Below, in pieces: positions 44,446-46,098 of a stretch of DNA of 46,098 bases. Each line of letters begins with the position of its first letter. Position 1 is the stretch's first letter. A program made the position numbers and the translations under genes. The DNA comes from Staphylococcus phage CUB-EPI_14: the sequence record ON325435.2. One strand, written 5' to 3'. The notes below the pieces were generated by a model, which saw only the letters and a program-made list of their open reading frames with translations, searched no databases and was not told where the DNA came from.

Positions 44446-45945
44446 ATGGAAATTATAAACAAAAGTATATATGACATTATAGATTATGATGACAACCCTA
44501 GATACAACGATGAAGCAATAGACTATGTGAAAGAAAGTATTAAAGAATTTGGTTTTAAAGTACCGATTATCATTGATGAAAATGATGTGATCATAGCAGG
44601 ACATACAAGAAAGAAAGCGGCACTCGAGATAGGCATTAAAGAAGTGCCAGTTATTGTTGCCGATGATCTTACGCCGCAACAAGTTGACGCATTTAGATTG
44701 GCCGACAATAAAGTTGCTGAATTTAGTGAGTGGGACGAAGATTTATTGATGAGTGAACTCAATAAACTAGAAGATTTAGATATGAGTGCGTTTGGCTTTG
44801 ATGATATGGAGTTAGATTTAGAAGATACAGAAATCGAAGAAGAAGAGATTGAAGAAGATGAAGTGGTAGAAATACCGGAAGAACCTAAGTCTAAAATCGG
44901 TCAAATATATCAACTCGGCAATCACAGGCTCATGTGTGGCGATAGTACAAGCGATGAAGATGTTAGCAAGCTAATGAACGGACAACAGGCATCGTTAGTG
45001 TTCACTGATCCACCTTATGGCGCTAAGAAACAAAAAGACGGTGTACTCAATGACAATCTTAACTATGACAGCTTATTAGAATTTAATAAGTTATGGATAC
45101 CACTATCATTTAAATATTTAAAAGAGAATGGCAGTTGGTATTGTTGGGGATTAGATCAACCGCTTATGGATATTTACACAGAGATATTAAAACCTAAGAT
45201 CAAGAACGACGAGATTGTATTTAAAAACTTAATCACATGGGATAAAGGATCAGGACAGGGGCAAAACCAAGAAGGTCGAACGCAATATGCAACAGCAGAT
45301 GAGAAGTGTTTGTTTGTTGCTGGAGATATAGACAGTATGCGTAATAATTTCTATGAAGGTTATCGGCCTATATTAAACGCATTAAAAGAACAAGCCGAAA
45401 AAGTAGGATTAGGATCTAAGAAGTACAAAAAGATCATAGGAACACAGATGTATAGTCATTACTTCTCGGACTCTCAATTCTCACTAATACCACGAGAAGT
45501 ATTTGCTAAGTTAAAGAAACACTACGGAGAAGCATGGGAATTAACATGGGAAGAATTAAGTCGTATGATAAACAAAGCTACACCCGGCCATAATGATTAT
45601 GTAGAAGAACACAGAATGAAGAGGTCATACTTCAATAACACACATGATAATATGAATAACGTATGGCACATTAACAGAATAGTATCAGGCACAGAAGAGT
45701 ATAGAGACAAAGGCCAACACGTTACACCTAAACCATTAGCCCTATGTAGTCGAGGCATTAAATCAAGTTCTAAAGAACAAGAAATAGTTCTCGATTTATT
45801 CGGAGGCAGTGGTAGTGTACTTATATCTAGTGAGTTAGAAAATAGAACATGCTATACAATGGAATACCAACCTCAATATGTGGATGCAATCATAGAAAGA
45901 TGGGAAAGACGCACAGGTAGAAAGGCGGAGTTACTGAATGGATAA
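44446..45945 (+). CDS. ParB-like nuclease domain fused to N6-adenine/N4-cytosine DNA methyltransferase
   Basis: The N-terminus is ParB/Srx-like (DYDDNPR...IAGHTRKKAALEIG). It has an acidic linker and an MTase with DPPY (FTDPPYG) followed later by the AdoMet motif LDLFGGSGS (beta-class order). Confidence 0.8.
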   Translation: MEIINKSIYDIIDYDDNPRYNDEAIDYVKESIKEFGFKVPIIIDENDVIIAGHTRKKAALEIGIKEVPVIVADDLTPQQVDAFRLADNKVAEFSEWDEDLLMSELNKLEDLDMSAFGFDDMELDLEDTEIEEEEIEEDEVVEIPEEPKSKIGQIYQLGNHRLMCGDSTSDEDVSKLMNGQQASLVFTDPPYGAKKQKDGVLNDNLNYDSLLEFNKLWIPLSFKYLKENGSWYCWGLDQPLMDIYTEILKPKIKNDEIVFKNLITWDKGSGQGQNQEGRTQYATADEKCLFVAGDIDSMRNNFYEGYRPILNALKEQAEKVGLGSKKYKKIIGTQMYSHYFSDSQFSLIPREVFAKLKKHYGEAWELTWEELSRMINKATPGHNDYVEEHRMKRSYFNNTHDNMNNVWHINRIVSGTEEYRDKGQHVTPKPLALCSRGIKSSSKEQEIVLDLFGGSGSVLISSELENRTCYTMEYQPQYVDAIIERWERRTGRKAELLNG

Positions 45946-46098
45946 ACAAGAGGTATTAAACGTGCTTAAGAGATTAAGATCACAGTGTATATTGACTAAG
46001 CAAGAGTACAGAACAATCAAAGGACAAACAAACAATGGAGATGTAGAGGCAGCATTTAAAGGATTGAAACGATTATTAAGACGTAAGGGGGTACAAGT
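45938..46098 (+). CDS. small basic protein upstream of terS (incomplete at window end)
   Basis: Unlisted ORF whose ATG overlaps the ParB-MTase stop (AATGGATAA). If the window is circular it terminates at TGA formed by the window's positions 2-4, overlapping the terS ATG. Confidence 0.4.
   Translation, partial: MDKQEVLNVLKRLRSQCILTKQEYRTIKGQTNNGDVEAAFKGLKRLLRRKGVQ

Noticed and set aside
1-46098. CRISPR arrays, tRNA or other RNA genes
   Set aside because: No regularly spaced direct repeats with unique spacers were seen. No cloverleaf-like GC-rich segments were found in the few non-coding gaps. The gaps are accounted for by promoters and terminators.

Overview
The window looks like a complete, terminally contiguous genome of about 46.1 kb from a tailed siphovirus of a low-GC Gram-positive host. 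The gene content and protein families most resemble Staphylococcus siphoviruses.

Every convincing gene is on the + strand. All listed minus-strand ORFs are short and embedded, and I treat them as spurious.

Gene order:
- Structural module (1 to 10,900): terS, terL, portal, Mu-F-like minor head protein, scaffold, major capsid, head-tail joining proteins, major tail protein, Ig-like protein, and tail chaperone G.
- Tail and lysis module (10,900 to 27,300): the tail chaperone G/GT pair with a canonical -1 frameshift site, a 1610-aa tape measure protein with 11-residue repeats and C-terminal M23 and transglycosylase domains, Dit, Tal-like lysin, a beta-helix fibre, a repeat-containing receptor-binding protein, an XhlA/XhlB-like lysis cassette, and a CHAP-amidase-SH3b endolysin.
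- After two terminators and a consensus sigma-A promoter (27,497-27,525), an early/middle region follows: ERF recombinase, DUF968-like nuclease, DnaD-like initiator with internal iterons, DnaB-like helicase, SSB, free-standing HNH homing endonuclease, several small HTH proteins, DUF3310, a nucleoside 2-deoxyribosyltransferase-like protein, a C5-cytosine methyltransferase, MazG, RecU, a staphylococcal-nuclease-like protein, and a ParB-N6/N4 methyltransferase fusion.

I found no integrase, repressor, tRNA or CRISPR array. This suggests a virulent phage, or at least one without a lysogeny module.

The most unusual feature is a complete HNH endonuclease gene with its own Shine-Dalgarno sequence, nested out of frame inside the C5-methyltransferase gene. 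The methyltransferase frame stays open across it and resumes its conserved C-terminal motif exactly at the HNH stop codon.

Other points worth a second look:
- a tandemly duplicated, catalytically degenerate HNH_3-like protein;
- two pairs of repeated promoter or operator-like intergenic elements;
- evidence that the window closes on itself (ATGA stop/start overlap between the last ORF and terS).
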